DNA of 64,000 bases from a virus. Shown piece by piece: positions 1 through 9,171 of this stretch. The notes beneath the pieces are model-generated. The model was not told where the DNA came from, made no database searches, and saw only the letters and a list, made by a program, of their open reading frames with translations. The first letter of the stretch is position 1; each line of letters opens with the position of its first letter. The stretch lies in IMG/VR virus record IMGVR_UViG_3300048598_000516, positions 161-64,160 of that record. The stretch is one strand, 5' to 3'. A program made the position numbers and the translations under genes.

Positions 1-34
1 TAGGTCACTCCGCCGTCGATCGATAGGCGTAACT

Positions 35-244
35 TCACGGCTCAGCCCTCGGGAAGAAGCAGCCACACCGCGTACCGTCCTCAGCTCGCGTCCAGTCGGC
101 GTGGTCGTCGCCTTCCAGTATGGACGCCCAGAATGGGAGATCCGGAACGGCCCACCCGCAGGGGCGGCTCCTATCTGAGTGCGGTGACGGCTCAGCCGGC
201 CACAGGTCGCAGTTCCCGCAACAGCGCTTCGTGTTCTTGCTCAC
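35..244 (-). CDS. small Cys-rich hypothetical protein
   Basis: 69 aa ORF with Cys clusters (CCGNC, CGCF); overlaps the stop of the upstream ORF, so likely translationally coupled downstream of int. Confidence 0.55.
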   Translation of the reverse strand: MSKNTKRCCGNCDLWPAEPSPHSDRSRPCGWAVPDLPFWASILEGDDHADWTRAEDGTRCGCFFPRAEP

Positions 245-492
245 CTACCCCTCCTTGAGCCGGAGCACTCTCTCATTACGTCATCGAATTCCTTGGCTCT
301 GATTGATGACGGCTCTCCGCATCCTCCGAACACGGAATCGAGAATATCGTCTGCATCAACATCGCCGGGCGAGACTCCGTATTCTTCAAGGCACCACTCA
401 TTGAGCTTGTGCTGCGCCTTGAAAAAAGCGCTGCACGCCTCGACCGTCTCGTCGATCATCGCCTGTAGCTTAGCCAGCTTTCTTCCGTTCAT
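241..492 (-). CDS. hypothetical phage protein
   Basis: 83 aa ORF whose start overlaps the integrase stop (ATGA). Confidence 0.65.
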   Translation of the reverse strand: MNGRKLAKLQAMIDETVEACSAFFKAQHKLNEWCLEEYGVSPGDVDADDILDSVFGGCGEPSSIRAKEFDDVMRECSGSRRGR

Positions 493-1595
493 CTCCGCCC
501 CCCTCGGCTTGCTGCATCCGCGACGTCGGTCTGGAAATCAGGGTGATGGTGCCCGTAGACGTTGGTGTACATCTGCAGGCTCATGCCGACGAAGTTGGCG
601 GCGTCGTTGGCGTCGGCGCCAGCCTGCGCCAGCCACGTACAGGTCGTGTGGCGCATGATGTGAGGGACGACGTCGGAGTCGAGACCGGCGAACGCGCGCG
701 CCGCCGCCCACGACTTCCCGAGGTCCACGACCGGATCTCCGCCGATATGGATCACCGGGCCGAAGGAGCGGCCGTCGGCGGCCTTCCAGCGGCGCAGGAA
801 TGGCATCAGGCGCGACGGGATCTTCACGGGCGGCTTTCGCTTCTTCGTCTGCTGCTCGCCTTCGGCTGCTCGATGGATGACGCCGCGTTCCAGATCGATC
901 CAGCCGCCGTCAGGCGATCGATCCCAACGAAGCCCCTTGATCGCCCCACTGCGCGTGCCGGTATAGACACCGATCATGATGAAGCGCTTCAAGGCCTCGC
1001 GCTCGTCCTTGTAGCGGACTGCGCGGCGTCCACGCAGGAGGCCGGCAACCTCCTCCCGCCGAAGCCACCGCTCGCGCGGTGGCGCCGCCGGAGGAAGCGT
1101 GACGGTCGGTACAGACGGCAGCGGGAACTCGGCGTGGTAGGCTTGGATGGCGGCGTTGAGCACGCCAAGCTCTCGCCGCGCCGTGGAAGATTGCACGCGG
1201 CGCTTGGGGGCGTTCCTGACGGGCTGCGCCGTCCTCCACGCCACGTAGGCGGCGCAGGTCGAGGCGCGGACGTCCGCGAGCTTCCTGTCGGCCCAGAACG
1301 GCGCGAGCGCCTTGATACTGAGGGCTTGGGCGTCGGACGCCAGATCCTTGAACCGCGTGTCGGCGTAGTAGCGGAGAACCTCGGCAACACCGACGTGCTC
1401 GATCGAGCGGACTGGACCGTCGGCCTCTCTTACTGACGCTGCTTTTTCGGCGATGTACCGCGCGAGCGCTTGTTCTGCGTCGAGCCGATGTGCGCGATCA
1501 GCTCCAGTGCCGCGCTTGACATCTCCGTCGCGGATGTACCAGAGGCCTCGCTGGTCGTTGAAGACGAGTCGGGCTCCCTTACTCGGTCTCGGCAT
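489..1595 (-). CDS. int: tyrosine recombinase / phage integrase
   Basis: Catalytic motifs TGTRSGAI (R), PHIMRHT (HxxR), GMS and YGH (Y); N-terminal arm-binding-like segment. Confidence 0.93.
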   Translation of the reverse strand: MPRPSKGARLVFNDQRGLWYIRDGDVKRGTGADRAHRLDAEQALARYIAEKAASVREADGPVRSIEHVGVAEVLRYYADTRFKDLASDAQALSIKALAPFWADRKLADVRASTCAAYVAWRTAQPVRNAPKRRVQSSTARRELGVLNAAIQAYHAEFPLPSVPTVTLPPAAPPRERWLRREEVAGLLRGRRAVRYKDEREALKRFIMIGVYTGTRSGAIKGLRWDRSPDGGWIDLERGVIHRAAEGEQQTKKRKPPVKIPSRLMPFLRRWKAADGRSFGPVIHIGGDPVVDLGKSWAAARAFAGLDSDVVPHIMRHTTCTWLAQAGADANDAANFVGMSLQMYTNVYGHHHPDFQTDVADAASRGGRR

Positions 1596-1759
1596 TTCTC
1601 TACCATCCTCTCAAGATCAGCCTCGCTCACGAGGTACTTGCCGCCGATCTTCGCAGCCGACAGGGAGCCGGTGCGGATGTGTCCAAGGAGCGACCTCGTC
1701 GAGATCGCGCCCCCGAACATGCGGTCGCTTGCCTCGGGCAGTGTCATGAGCCGTATCAT
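1430..1759 (-). CDS. excisionase-like helix-turn-helix protein
   Basis: LMTLPEAS...IRTGSLSAAKIGGKYLVSEADL is an Xis/HTH_17-type pattern; its 3' end overlaps the first 166 nt of int. Confidence 0.75.
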   Translation of the reverse strand: MIRLMTLPEASDRMFGGAISTRSLLGHIRTGSLSAAKIGGKYLVSEADLERMVEKCRDRVREPDSSSTTSEASGTSATEMSSAALELIAHIGSTQNKRSRGTSPKKQRQ

Positions 1760-1819
1760 CGCGCCTCACATCAAATTTGGCAAGTACGATTCTGCCATTT
1801 CATGCTGCCTGCCAAACCG

Positions 1820-1951
1820 TCAGATGAAAACATCGATCAGGACGGCGATGGCGAAGAGCGCGGCGATGATCCAGCCGCTGACTGCCTGCAGACGCTGCCG
1901 GCGGCGGTGGCGGGCGATGATGTCGTCGCCAAACGTGCTCCAAACCTCCAT
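1820..1951 (-). CDS. 43 aa membrane protein
   Basis: Hand-translated MEVWSTFGDDIIARHRRRQRLQAVSGWIIAALFAIAVLIDVFI; GAGG RBS; one hydrophobic helix; below the ORF-track cutoff. Confidence 0.5.
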   Translation of the reverse strand: MEVWSTFGDDIIARHRRRQRLQAVSGWIIAALFAIAVLIDVFI

Positions 1952-1954
1952 GCC

Positions 1955-3178
1955 TCAGCCCTTCACGTTGATCACGGTGGTCAATCTGGCGACGATCTCG
2001 ACGAGGTCGTCCTGCGCTGCCATCACGGCGAAGAGGTCCTTGTAGGCGGCCGGGCTCTCGTCCAGCACATCCTCGTCTCGGCGGCACTCGATGCCTTCGA
2101 CGGCCGCGCAGTGCATCTCAAGCGAGATCTTCTTCTTCGCCTCGCCGCGCGACATGCGCCGCCCGGCGCCGTGCGAGCACGAACAGAAGGACTGCTCGTT
2201 TCCGAGCCCACGAACGATGAAGCTGCCGGTACCCATCGAGCCGGGGATGATGCCGAGCTGACCTTTCCACGCGCTGACGGCACCCTTCCGGGTGACGATC
2301 GTCTCCTCGCCGAAATGGAACTCGCGGCTGATGTAGTTGTGGTGGCAATTGATCGCCGTATCGGTGACGCTGAACGCCGGCATTCCAGCGACGCCGCGAA
2401 GCGCCTTGAGCGTCGCCGACATCATCTCCTTGCGATTTTCCTCGGCGAACTCCTGAGCAAGCTCGACGGCGCGAACGTAATCGTCGAAGATCTCCGTGTG
2501 CTCGACGAGGTAGGAGCAGTCACTGTCGGGGAGGGTGTCCGTCAGGCCCCACCGCTCCATTTCACGCTTCGCCTCGGCGATGAAATAGGAGCCGATCTTG
2601 TTGCCGAGGCCGCGCGATCCGGAGTGGAGCATCACCCAGACAGCCCCTGCCGCATCGGCGCAGATCTCGATGAAGTGGTTTCCGGTGCCGAGAGTGCCGA
2701 CGAACTCGGCCGTCTTGTGTGACCGCATCTTCGGGTGGTCTTCGCACAGATCGTCGTAGCGTTCCTTGAGCCGACGCCAGCGGGCGGCGCCGCTCGGCGA
2801 CGGCGTTACGAAGGTGCCGCGATCGTTCTTCCCGCCGTTGTCGGTTCGCCCGTGAGGGACAGCCGCCTCGATGGCGCAGCGAATGGCGTGATGATCGGGA
2901 AGATCATCGATGTTGATCGACAGCTTCACTGCTGCCATGCCGCACCCGATGTCGACGCCGACGGCGGCGGGGATAACCGCGCCCTTGGTGGCGATCACCG
3001 ATCCGACGGTCGCTCCGATGCCGACGTGCGCATCCGGCATGGCCGCGACGTGATGGTGCGCGATCGGGAGCGCTGCGATGTTGGAGAGCTGCCTGACGGT
3101 GTTGTCGTCAAACTCCACGCCCTTGCGCCACGCATAGATCGGGACGTTCTTGCCGTCGATGATGTCGTGATTGCTCAT
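1955..3178 (-). CDS. rtcB: RtcB family 3'-phosphate/5'-OH RNA ligase
   Basis: Motifs MPDAH, GVDIGCG, GTLGTGNHFIE, HSGSRG, CHHNY, RKGA, IPGSMG, SCSHGAGR, DESPAAYK. Confidence 0.95.
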   Translation of the reverse strand: MSNHDIIDGKNVPIYAWRKGVEFDDNTVRQLSNIAALPIAHHHVAAMPDAHVGIGATVGSVIATKGAVIPAAVGVDIGCGMAAVKLSINIDDLPDHHAIRCAIEAAVPHGRTDNGGKNDRGTFVTPSPSGAARWRRLKERYDDLCEDHPKMRSHKTAEFVGTLGTGNHFIEICADAAGAVWVMLHSGSRGLGNKIGSYFIAEAKREMERWGLTDTLPDSDCSYLVEHTEIFDDYVRAVELAQEFAEENRKEMMSATLKALRGVAGMPAFSVTDTAINCHHNYISREFHFGEETIVTRKGAVSAWKGQLGIIPGSMGTGSFIVRGLGNEQSFCSCSHGAGRRMSRGEAKKKISLEMHCAAVEGIECRRDEDVLDESPAAYKDLFAVMAAQDDLVEIVARLTTVINVKG

Positions 3179-3381
3179 GCGGCCTCCTTCGCCGGCGCGG
3201 TGAGTGCATCCAGCGTGTCGATCAGGAACTTGTGATAATGCGGGCAGTATGACTGCAGCCCAAGCCGCAGCCGATCAGCCTCGTGGGTCAGGCAGACGCG
3301 CGTCCGCCTGATTGACTCTTCGAGATCGCAGTCTGCAAGTACAGCGAGGAACTTGTCCTCAAGCGTAGCTGTGATGATCAT
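3175..3381 (-). CDS. hypothetical protein
   Basis: 68 aa ORF overlapping both neighbours by 4 nt. Confidence 0.6.
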   Translation of the reverse strand: MIITATLEDKFLAVLADCDLEESIRRTRVCLTHEADRLRLGLQSYCPHYHKFLIDTLDALTAPAKEAA

Positions 3382-3761
3382 TTCCTCGGGCCTTCGAGAT
3401 CTTCGTGCTTGAAGAACACGCTGAACCGGCCGGAGACATCGAACCCGTAAGGGGATCCCGACATCGTCAACTCATCCTGAGTGATGCTGATGCCGATCTG
3501 GTCGAAGACGTAGCGGATCGCGGCGGATGGTCCATAGCCAAGAGCGTTCGCCCGGGCAATGATCCTGTCCTGCACGCGTTCGCTGATCTCTTGCGGAGCC
3601 TCAAGAGAGGCGATCGCATTCGACAGGCTCTCAAGCTCGCTGAGCCGATGAGCCTTGAGCGCGGGCTGGCAGTCCTGAGCTGCCAGAATGGCAGCTGTTT
3701 CCTTGGCGTTCTTGAGCACGCGGAGCGCGACTCCGCGTGTCTTATCGTCGATGGTCTTCAT
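3378..3761 (-). CDS. hypothetical protein
   Basis: 127 aa ORF with AGGAG RBS, coupled to the downstream ORF. Confidence 0.65.
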   Translation of the reverse strand: MKTIDDKTRGVALRVLKNAKETAAILAAQDCQPALKAHRLSELESLSNAIASLEAPQEISERVQDRIIARANALGYGPSAAIRYVFDQIGISITQDELTMSGSPYGFDVSGRFSVFFKHEDLEGPRK

Positions 3762-3824
3762 TGCATTCTCCTGATCTTGCTGGAGCCCGCCGCACTGCGG
3801 CGGGCTCGCGCCTGATCAGGACGG

Positions 3825-4028
3825 TCAGGCGGCGGCCGGCGTGGTCACGGCGGCGACGACGGCGGCGTAGGCCGACTTGTGCGGCTTGGCGTTCTTGTTC
3901 AGCGGAACGAGGTAGGTCTTGCCGTCGCGCGACTGCTCGCGCTTGATCGAGACGATGGAGCCGGCGGCGGTGTGTTCGACGACGTAGTTGCGACCTTCGA
4001 CGGTGACGTTCAGGGTGGAATTCGACAT
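3825..4028 (-). CDS. hypothetical protein
   Basis: MSNSTLNVTVEGRNYVVEH...; GGAGG RBS; follows a promoter-like intergenic segment. Confidence 0.6.
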   Translation of the reverse strand: MSNSTLNVTVEGRNYVVEHTAAGSIVSIKREQSRDGKTYLVPLNKNAKPHKSAYAAVVAAVTTPAAA

Positions 4029-4085
4029 GGTGCCTCCGATGTCGTTGTTGGGATTGCGGCCTTGCCGCTTTGGATGTACAGACAC

Positions 4086-4098
4086 TGCCATATTGGCA
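4086..4098. promoter_or_regulatory. TGCC-N5-GGCA dyad (representative copy of a dispersed putative operator)
   Basis: TGCCATATTGGCA lies 6 bp downstream of a minus-strand TTGACA; at least 25 perfect or 1-mismatch copies across the window. Confidence 0.65.
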
Positions 4099-4106
4099 AG
4101 TATGTG

Positions 4107-4472
4107 TCAACCGTATTTTTCGCGAATTGTCGCCTCGTAGGCGGCGAGGAAGGTGGTCAGGAACGTCTCCCACTCTTCGGGTGTCATGGCGCGCATGTCG
4201 AACTTGCCGGTCTGCATCAGGTACTGGCCGGCCGCGCGTCCGCCCTCGCGGATCGCATGCGCCTCGTTGTTCTCGGCGATGGCCGGCGTGTTAACCTTCG
4301 TCATGGCGTACTTCTCCGCGCGCTGAGGGCCGCACTCTTCGCAGCACCAGAAGATGTGGCGATCCCACTCCTTGTTGCGGCGATTGTATTCGTCATAGTG
4401 GATGCCGATCTGGTGCGTTTCGCCGTGGCAGACGCAGCAGATCATGAAGTCACGGACGCCGAAAAGTGCCAT
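4107..4472 (-). CDS. Zn-binding hypothetical protein (DUF6511-like)
   Basis: CxxC...CxxC plus EGGRAAGQYL...MTPEEWETF pattern. Confidence 0.55.
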   Translation of the reverse strand: MALFGVRDFMICCVCHGETHQIGIHYDEYNRRNKEWDRHIFWCCEECGPQRAEKYAMTKVNTPAIAENNEAHAIREGGRAAGQYLMQTGKFDMRAMTPEEWETFLTTFLAAYEATIREKYG

Positions 4473-4794
4473 ACCTGATCTCCTGCCACCACTTCGGGTC
4501 GCTTCCGACGAGCGAGAGACCTTTGATGCGCTCATTCCACCGAGCGATGACGGAGTGCTTCTCGACCGTCGGCGCGCTGCTGGCGCAGCGGACGTCGATG
4601 AAGTCGAACACGCCGTTGTCGAGCGCCATAACGACGGCACCCGTGATGTTTCTGGCGGAGAGCGCCTCGATGGCGCACTTCCGGCTGTCGCGCTCAGTGG
4701 CGACCGACGTCCTGTTCCATTCGGCGACGTGCTCGGCTGAGTGGCCGGCGGCGGCGTTGACCAGCGCGCAGATGATGCGTTCGCTCTTGGTCAT
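4450..4794 (-). CDS. hypothetical protein
   Basis: MTKSERIICALVN... ORF in the coupled operon. Confidence 0.55.
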   Translation of the reverse strand: MTKSERIICALVNAAAGHSAEHVAEWNRTSVATERDSRKCAIEALSARNITGAVVMALDNGVFDFIDVRCASSAPTVEKHSVIARWNERIKGLSLVGSDPKWWQEIRYGTFRRP

Positions 4795-5294
4795 CCGACG
4801 AACTCCGGGTTGGAAGGGACACCGTCGATGATCTGGAAGTGCAGCAGGCCGATGCGATCCGAGTTGGCGTATTGATTGGCGATCTCTCGCGTGCTGTAGA
4901 GCCTCACCGTCGCAGTGCTGTCGTGAATGTTGGCCCATGCGTCCTCGACCTTCGGCGCGTCGTAGAGGCGGCCGTTGGCGCCATCGATGCCCGGGTCGCC
5001 ATCGGGACCGGCCTGCATGACAACTTCGGTCCCGTCTTGTGTTCTCCAGCACGCAATGATCGGGCCACCGCGCGTCTTGGCGTCGAGACAAATGATGCGC
5101 GCTGGGCGCTCCTCGCCGTTTGCGAAACGGACGATGAAGCCGTTGCCGACGCGCGGCGTGAAGGTGCGAGTGATAGTCACGGTGGTCTCCTTGGGTTCGA
5201 AGTTGGTAGGTCGGCCCGCGTACCACGAGCACTCGCCGCAAGGTCCGCCGACATAGGCGGAGTGGCGGCAGTTTTCGCAGGTCCTCTCGGTCAT
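4791..5294 (-). CDS. hypothetical protein
   Basis: MTERTCENCRH... ORF overlapping neighbours by 4 nt. Confidence 0.55.
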   Translation of the reverse strand: MTERTCENCRHSAYVGGPCGECSWYAGRPTNFEPKETTVTITRTFTPRVGNGFIVRFANGEERPARIICLDAKTRGGPIIACWRTQDGTEVVMQAGPDGDPGIDGANGRLYDAPKVEDAWANIHDSTATVRLYSTREIANQYANSDRIGLLHFQIIDGVPSNPEFVG

Positions 5295-5662
5295 CGAACG
5301 ATCTCCATCTCGACCTTGTGGACCGAGTATCCGAGCCCGAGCGCGTTGGCGGCTCCGAGCGACAGGTCGACATCGCGTCCACGGACGTAGGGTCCGCGAT
5401 CGTTGAGAGTGGCGACGACGGTCCTCCCGTTGGCCCGGAAGCGAGCCTTGGTTCCACACGGCAGCGTCTTGTGGGCGAACGTCACCCCGTGAGGGCGGAA
5501 TCGGCCGCCGCCGCAGGCGATGCGCTGTGGCTCATGGTAGACGCTGGCGACGACCTTCCGTGGGCTCGTCAGGGCAGCGGCCTCTGCGCCGTTGTTGTCG
5601 GTGGTTGAGCAGGCGGCAAGCGGCGCTGCCAGAATGGCAGCAATGCAGGCGCGAATGTTCAT
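5291..5662 (-). CDS. RlpA-like (double-psi beta-barrel) lipoprotein, putative lytic transglycosylase
   Basis: Lipobox LAAC; ASVY, FAHKTLPCGT, VATLNDRGPY and RDVDLSLGAA match the RlpA DPBB signature. Confidence 0.8.
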   Translation of the reverse strand: MNIRACIAAILAAPLAACSTTDNNGAEAAALTSPRKVVASVYHEPQRIACGGGRFRPHGVTFAHKTLPCGTKARFRANGRTVVATLNDRGPYVRGRDVDLSLGAANALGLGYSVHKVEMEIVR

Positions 5663-7341
5663 GCGGCGATGTCCTCGTGGTTGTCGTATCGTCGAGCTGT
5701 GACGCGCTTGAATTTCGGATTGTCCGGATCTGGAACGAGCTGAACCGCCGTCGGCGGCGTGATCTCGTGGAAGCGATGCATCGCTTCGTCAGTCGAGTTG
5801 GGGATCGGGTGCTGGCCGCCGTTGGCGAGCCACTGCTCGCACGCAGTGCGCCGGGCGCGGCCGGTGTGCTCGAAGCACCAGAACTCGTTCGCCAGCTCCG
5901 TCGTATCGCCCTGCATATAGCGCACGCGCAGGCTGTCGGGCTTTCCGAACTTGTGGTGGACATTCGGGCGCAGAGTGTCCACCCGTCGCCACTGCAACGC
6001 TCGCCGCGCCTCGATGAACTCGGCATCGGTGAACTGGGCATCGTGTGGCTCGTGCTCTGGCTCTGGGAACTCGTGCTGGCATTCCGGGCAGATCAGCATG
6101 CTGATCGCGACGCCAGCTCCGCACTCTGGGCACTGCTTCTGAGGCGCCAGCTCGATCGAGTCCGTCGGCTTCTTCTTCTTCCTCGTCTTCGGAACGTTCG
6201 GGTTGTCGAGTGGCCCGCAGCGCTCAAGGTTGCCGGCGAAATCGAGCATCCAGCAGTCGAACTTGTTGGTCTCCGGCGACAGGCGGACGCCGCGCCCGCC
6301 CATCTGCACCCAGAGCCCGGGAGACTTGGTGGCGCGCAACCACGCGAGGATATTCAGCCTCGGGATGTCGATACCTGTCGTCAGCAGGTCTGCACCGCAC
6401 AGGAAATCCAGCTCGCCGGCCTTGGCAGAGCGCAAGAGGTCGGCGCGGCGCTTCTTGTCCATGTCGCCGTAGACGGCCTCGGCGCGCAGGCCGGCTGCCC
6501 GCATGGCGCCAGCCACGTGCTGCGCGTGCTCGACGCCAGCGCAGAAGACGATGCCGGAGGCGTATCCTACCTGCTGGCGCCGCGCGAACACGGCCGTGGC
6601 GATCTCGGCGACCGCCGCCCGCGTCAGGTCATCATTGTCGAATGCCTTCTGCAGGTCGGACTCCATGTAGTCGCCATTCGACCCGGTCCTGACACCGTCG
6701 AGCGAGAACTTGGTGCTGACCGGGCACGGCACCGGCGGGACGAGGTATCCCTGAGCGATCAAGAAGCCCATACCAATGTCGTAGACGATCTCGTCGAAGA
6801 TCTTCTCGTCCCCTTCGACCAGCGATCCACCCTTGGTTCGGAACGCGGTTCCGGTGAGGCCAATGATGCGGGCGTGCGGGCACAGGCGTTGGTTCTCTGC
6901 GATGAACTTCCTGTACTGGCCCTTTTCTTCCAGATTAACCCGGTGGCACTCGTCGATGATGATGATGTCGAACGGGCCGAGCTTGGCGTTCTTGCCATAC
7001 ATGGTCTGGATCGATCCGACGACGACCTGAGACCTGTATTGCTTCTTCGAAGAGACCGACGCGGCAACAAGTCCCGCCGGAACCCCGGGGTAGACGCGGA
7101 GCAGCGCAGCGAAGTTCTGATCGATCAGCTCCTTCTGGTGAACGATCAGCCCTATGCGGAGGGCCGGCCAAGCGTGGAGCAGCCGCTTCACGAGGCCGCC
7201 CTGAATCAGGGTCTTCCCAGCACCGACCGATGCGACGATCAGCGGGTTCCCCTGCCCGCCTCCGGCCCAGTAGTTGATAGGCGCCTCGACGGCCTCAAGC
7301 TGGTATGGACGAAGCTCGACAGCCATAGATGCTGCCTCCAT
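5659..7341 (-). CDS. SF2 (DExH) DNA helicase with C-terminal Zn ribbon
   Basis: LRPYQ, ASVGAGKT (Walker A), IIDECH, GLTGT, LTTGIDIP, QMGGRGVR, CPECG...CPECQ. Confidence 0.9.
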   Translation of the reverse strand: MEAASMAVELRPYQLEAVEAPINYWAGGGQGNPLIVASVGAGKTLIQGGLVKRLLHAWPALRIGLIVHQKELIDQNFAALLRVYPGVPAGLVAASVSSKKQYRSQVVVGSIQTMYGKNAKLGPFDIIIIDECHRVNLEEKGQYRKFIAENQRLCPHARIIGLTGTAFRTKGGSLVEGDEKIFDEIVYDIGMGFLIAQGYLVPPVPCPVSTKFSLDGVRTGSNGDYMESDLQKAFDNDDLTRAAVAEIATAVFARRQQVGYASGIVFCAGVEHAQHVAGAMRAAGLRAEAVYGDMDKKRRADLLRSAKAGELDFLCGADLLTTGIDIPRLNILAWLRATKSPGLWVQMGGRGVRLSPETNKFDCWMLDFAGNLERCGPLDNPNVPKTRKKKKPTDSIELAPQKQCPECGAGVAISMLICPECQHEFPEPEHEPHDAQFTDAEFIEARRALQWRRVDTLRPNVHHKFGKPDSLRVRYMQGDTTELANEFWCFEHTGRARRTACEQWLANGGQHPIPNSTDEAMHRFHEITPPTAVQLVPDPDNPKFKRVTARRYDNHEDIAA

Positions 7342-7416
7342 GTCAATTATTATATTGCTTGTTTGGCAGGACTCCGAGGGACGGTCAACCCCTCGGAGTC
7401 CATTTCGCTGTGCCGA

Positions 7417-7809
7417 TCACTTCATCTCGACGCTGTTGACGAGAGAGGACGGCTTGAAGATGACGCGGTACCGGCTTGTGCTGCTGGCGGCGGCATCGAG
7501 CTGCTCGGCGAAGAAGGTGACGTTGTCCGACAGTCCGAGGAAGTGCTTCTTGAATTCGCCCGGCCCGGTCTTGCAAGTCACCGTCAGTTCGCGAGCCTTG
7601 TCGAAGTTTCCGAGAGAGCACAGACCTTCGATCACGAGAATGAAGTCGTTCGTGATCCCGTTGTAGAAGACGATACGACGGTTGATCTCGAACTGGTCGG
7701 CGGCCCTCGACAGATTGCGCGAGGCGACGTCTGCGTCCGATGCGCAGCCCGTCAGTGTGGTTGCGCTGACGACGAGCGCGAGCGCGAGCTTGGTGAAGGC
7801 ATTGTTCAT
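7417..7809 (-). CDS. conserved phage lipoprotein
   Basis: Lipobox LTGC followed by the SDADVASRNLS...FEINRRIVFYNGIT pattern of a widespread phage lipoprotein family. Confidence 0.75.
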   Translation of the reverse strand: MNNAFTKLALALVVSATTLTGCASDADVASRNLSRAADQFEINRRIVFYNGITNDFILVIEGLCSLGNFDKARELTVTCKTGPGEFKKHFLGLSDNVTFFAEQLDAAASSTSRYRVIFKPSSLVNSVEMK

Positions 7810-7811
7810 GA

Positions 7812-8951
7812 TCAGTCCTCGCGCTTGGAGCCGTGGAAGTCGATCACGACTCCACCGCGCAGCTTGTTCTCGGGGGTTCGGTTCAGGTAACGGACGGTGA
7901 CGATGGTGCCGGCGAGCTGGTCCTTGTTGGCGAGGCGCTGGGCGTTCTCGGCATAGGTTCCGGCGATGGAGGCTTCGCACGTCTGACCGTCCTCAAGTTC
8001 GACGACGGCTCGCTTCGCGGCGCCGGCCCAGTTGCCATTGCCTTCCTCGACGCGGATCAGCTTGAACTCTTCGGTCTCCAGCGCCTTACGCTTGAGAAGG
8101 GCCTTCGACCGCTTGTGCTCGTAGGGCGCATTGGTGCGCACCATCATTCCCTCGTACCCTTCGGACAGCCACATCTCGAACGTCGCGTCGAGCCAGCTGT
8201 CCCGGTCGGTGCCGGTGTGATTGGTCACGAGCGTCTGGACCGGGCGGACGCTGTCGAGCACCATCAGCCCGGTCAGCTCCCAGATCGAGCCGAGCCGTTC
8301 TTCCAGCGAGCGTTCGTCGTCGATCACGTCATAGACGTGGTACTGCAGAAGCTCCTTGGCTTCGGCGAGGTCGGACGCAGAAGGCTTCTGCTTGCGTGCC
8401 AGAGACATGATCCGGTTGAAGTCACTCTTGAGATCATGGTTGTAGATTTCCCCGTCGAGCACGACGTCGGGGCAGATGGCGAACACGCGCCGCAGCTCCT
8501 CCTCGATGTGCGGGCACGACATGATCCGCTTCCCCTGTCGCGACCACAGGCCGTCCTTCGTGGCGATGCAGCGCATGCCGTCGAGCTTGGGCTGGATGTA
8601 GATCTTCTCCTCTCGGGAGAGATCGACGTCGCCGAACTTCTGGGCGAGCATCGGAACGCGGCTGTCGTCGTGCTGCAGCGCCTCGCGCGTGGACTTGTAG
8701 TAGCCGCGAGCGAGCTTCTTCTGCATCTCGGCGTCCGCTTCGAACGCGGCCTGTTCGGCGGCGGTCTGGCGGCTTCGCGGGGTGCATTCAGTCCACCCGC
8801 TCTGGACCGGGTTGGGACTTCCGACGATGCCGGACACGGAGCACCAGCACCCGGCGTCGTGATTGATCATCGCGTACCAGAACCGGACAAGGCCGGCGCT
8901 GTCGAGCTTGTAGATGGTGTCGGTATGAGTGATGCGGGTGGCGATGTTCAT
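7812..8951 (-). CDS. ATP-dependent DNA ligase
   Basis: PMLAQ, QPKLDGMRC (KxDG adenylation motif), VLDGEIY, YEGMMVR, LLKRK and an OB-fold C-terminus. Confidence 0.92.
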   Translation of the reverse strand: MNIATRITHTDTIYKLDSAGLVRFWYAMINHDAGCWCSVSGIVGSPNPVQSGWTECTPRSRQTAAEQAAFEADAEMQKKLARGYYKSTREALQHDDSRVPMLAQKFGDVDLSREEKIYIQPKLDGMRCIATKDGLWSRQGKRIMSCPHIEEELRRVFAICPDVVLDGEIYNHDLKSDFNRIMSLARKQKPSASDLAEAKELLQYHVYDVIDDERSLEERLGSIWELTGLMVLDSVRPVQTLVTNHTGTDRDSWLDATFEMWLSEGYEGMMVRTNAPYEHKRSKALLKRKALETEEFKLIRVEEGNGNWAGAAKRAVVELEDGQTCEASIAGTYAENAQRLANKDQLAGTIVTVRYLNRTPENKLRGGVVIDFHGSKRED

Positions 8952-9171
8952 CGGCCCTCTCCATTGCCTGATTGGAAATACTAATACTACCATATTGGCA
9001 GCAGCGTCAATCCGAAAACGACGGTTGCGGTGCTGCCAACCAGATTCACGGCGAAGCGACACGGAGATGGAGGGTCGATTATGTTGGCAATGGCCGACAC
9101 GACGCCGAGCGCGACGATCGAACATCCAGCCATCTCCGTGAACGTCAGCGCCGGGCCGCACGCATATGGCA

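Noticed and set aside
7417-7809. Recombination directionality factor label sometimes given to this family
   Set aside because: It has a lipoprotein signal peptide, and a proper Xis-like gene overlaps int.
5527-7890. Long antisense ORFs (787 aa here; also 37681-39252, 41757-43262 and others)
   Set aside because: Shadow frames of well-supported opposite-strand genes in GC-rich DNA; no motifs.
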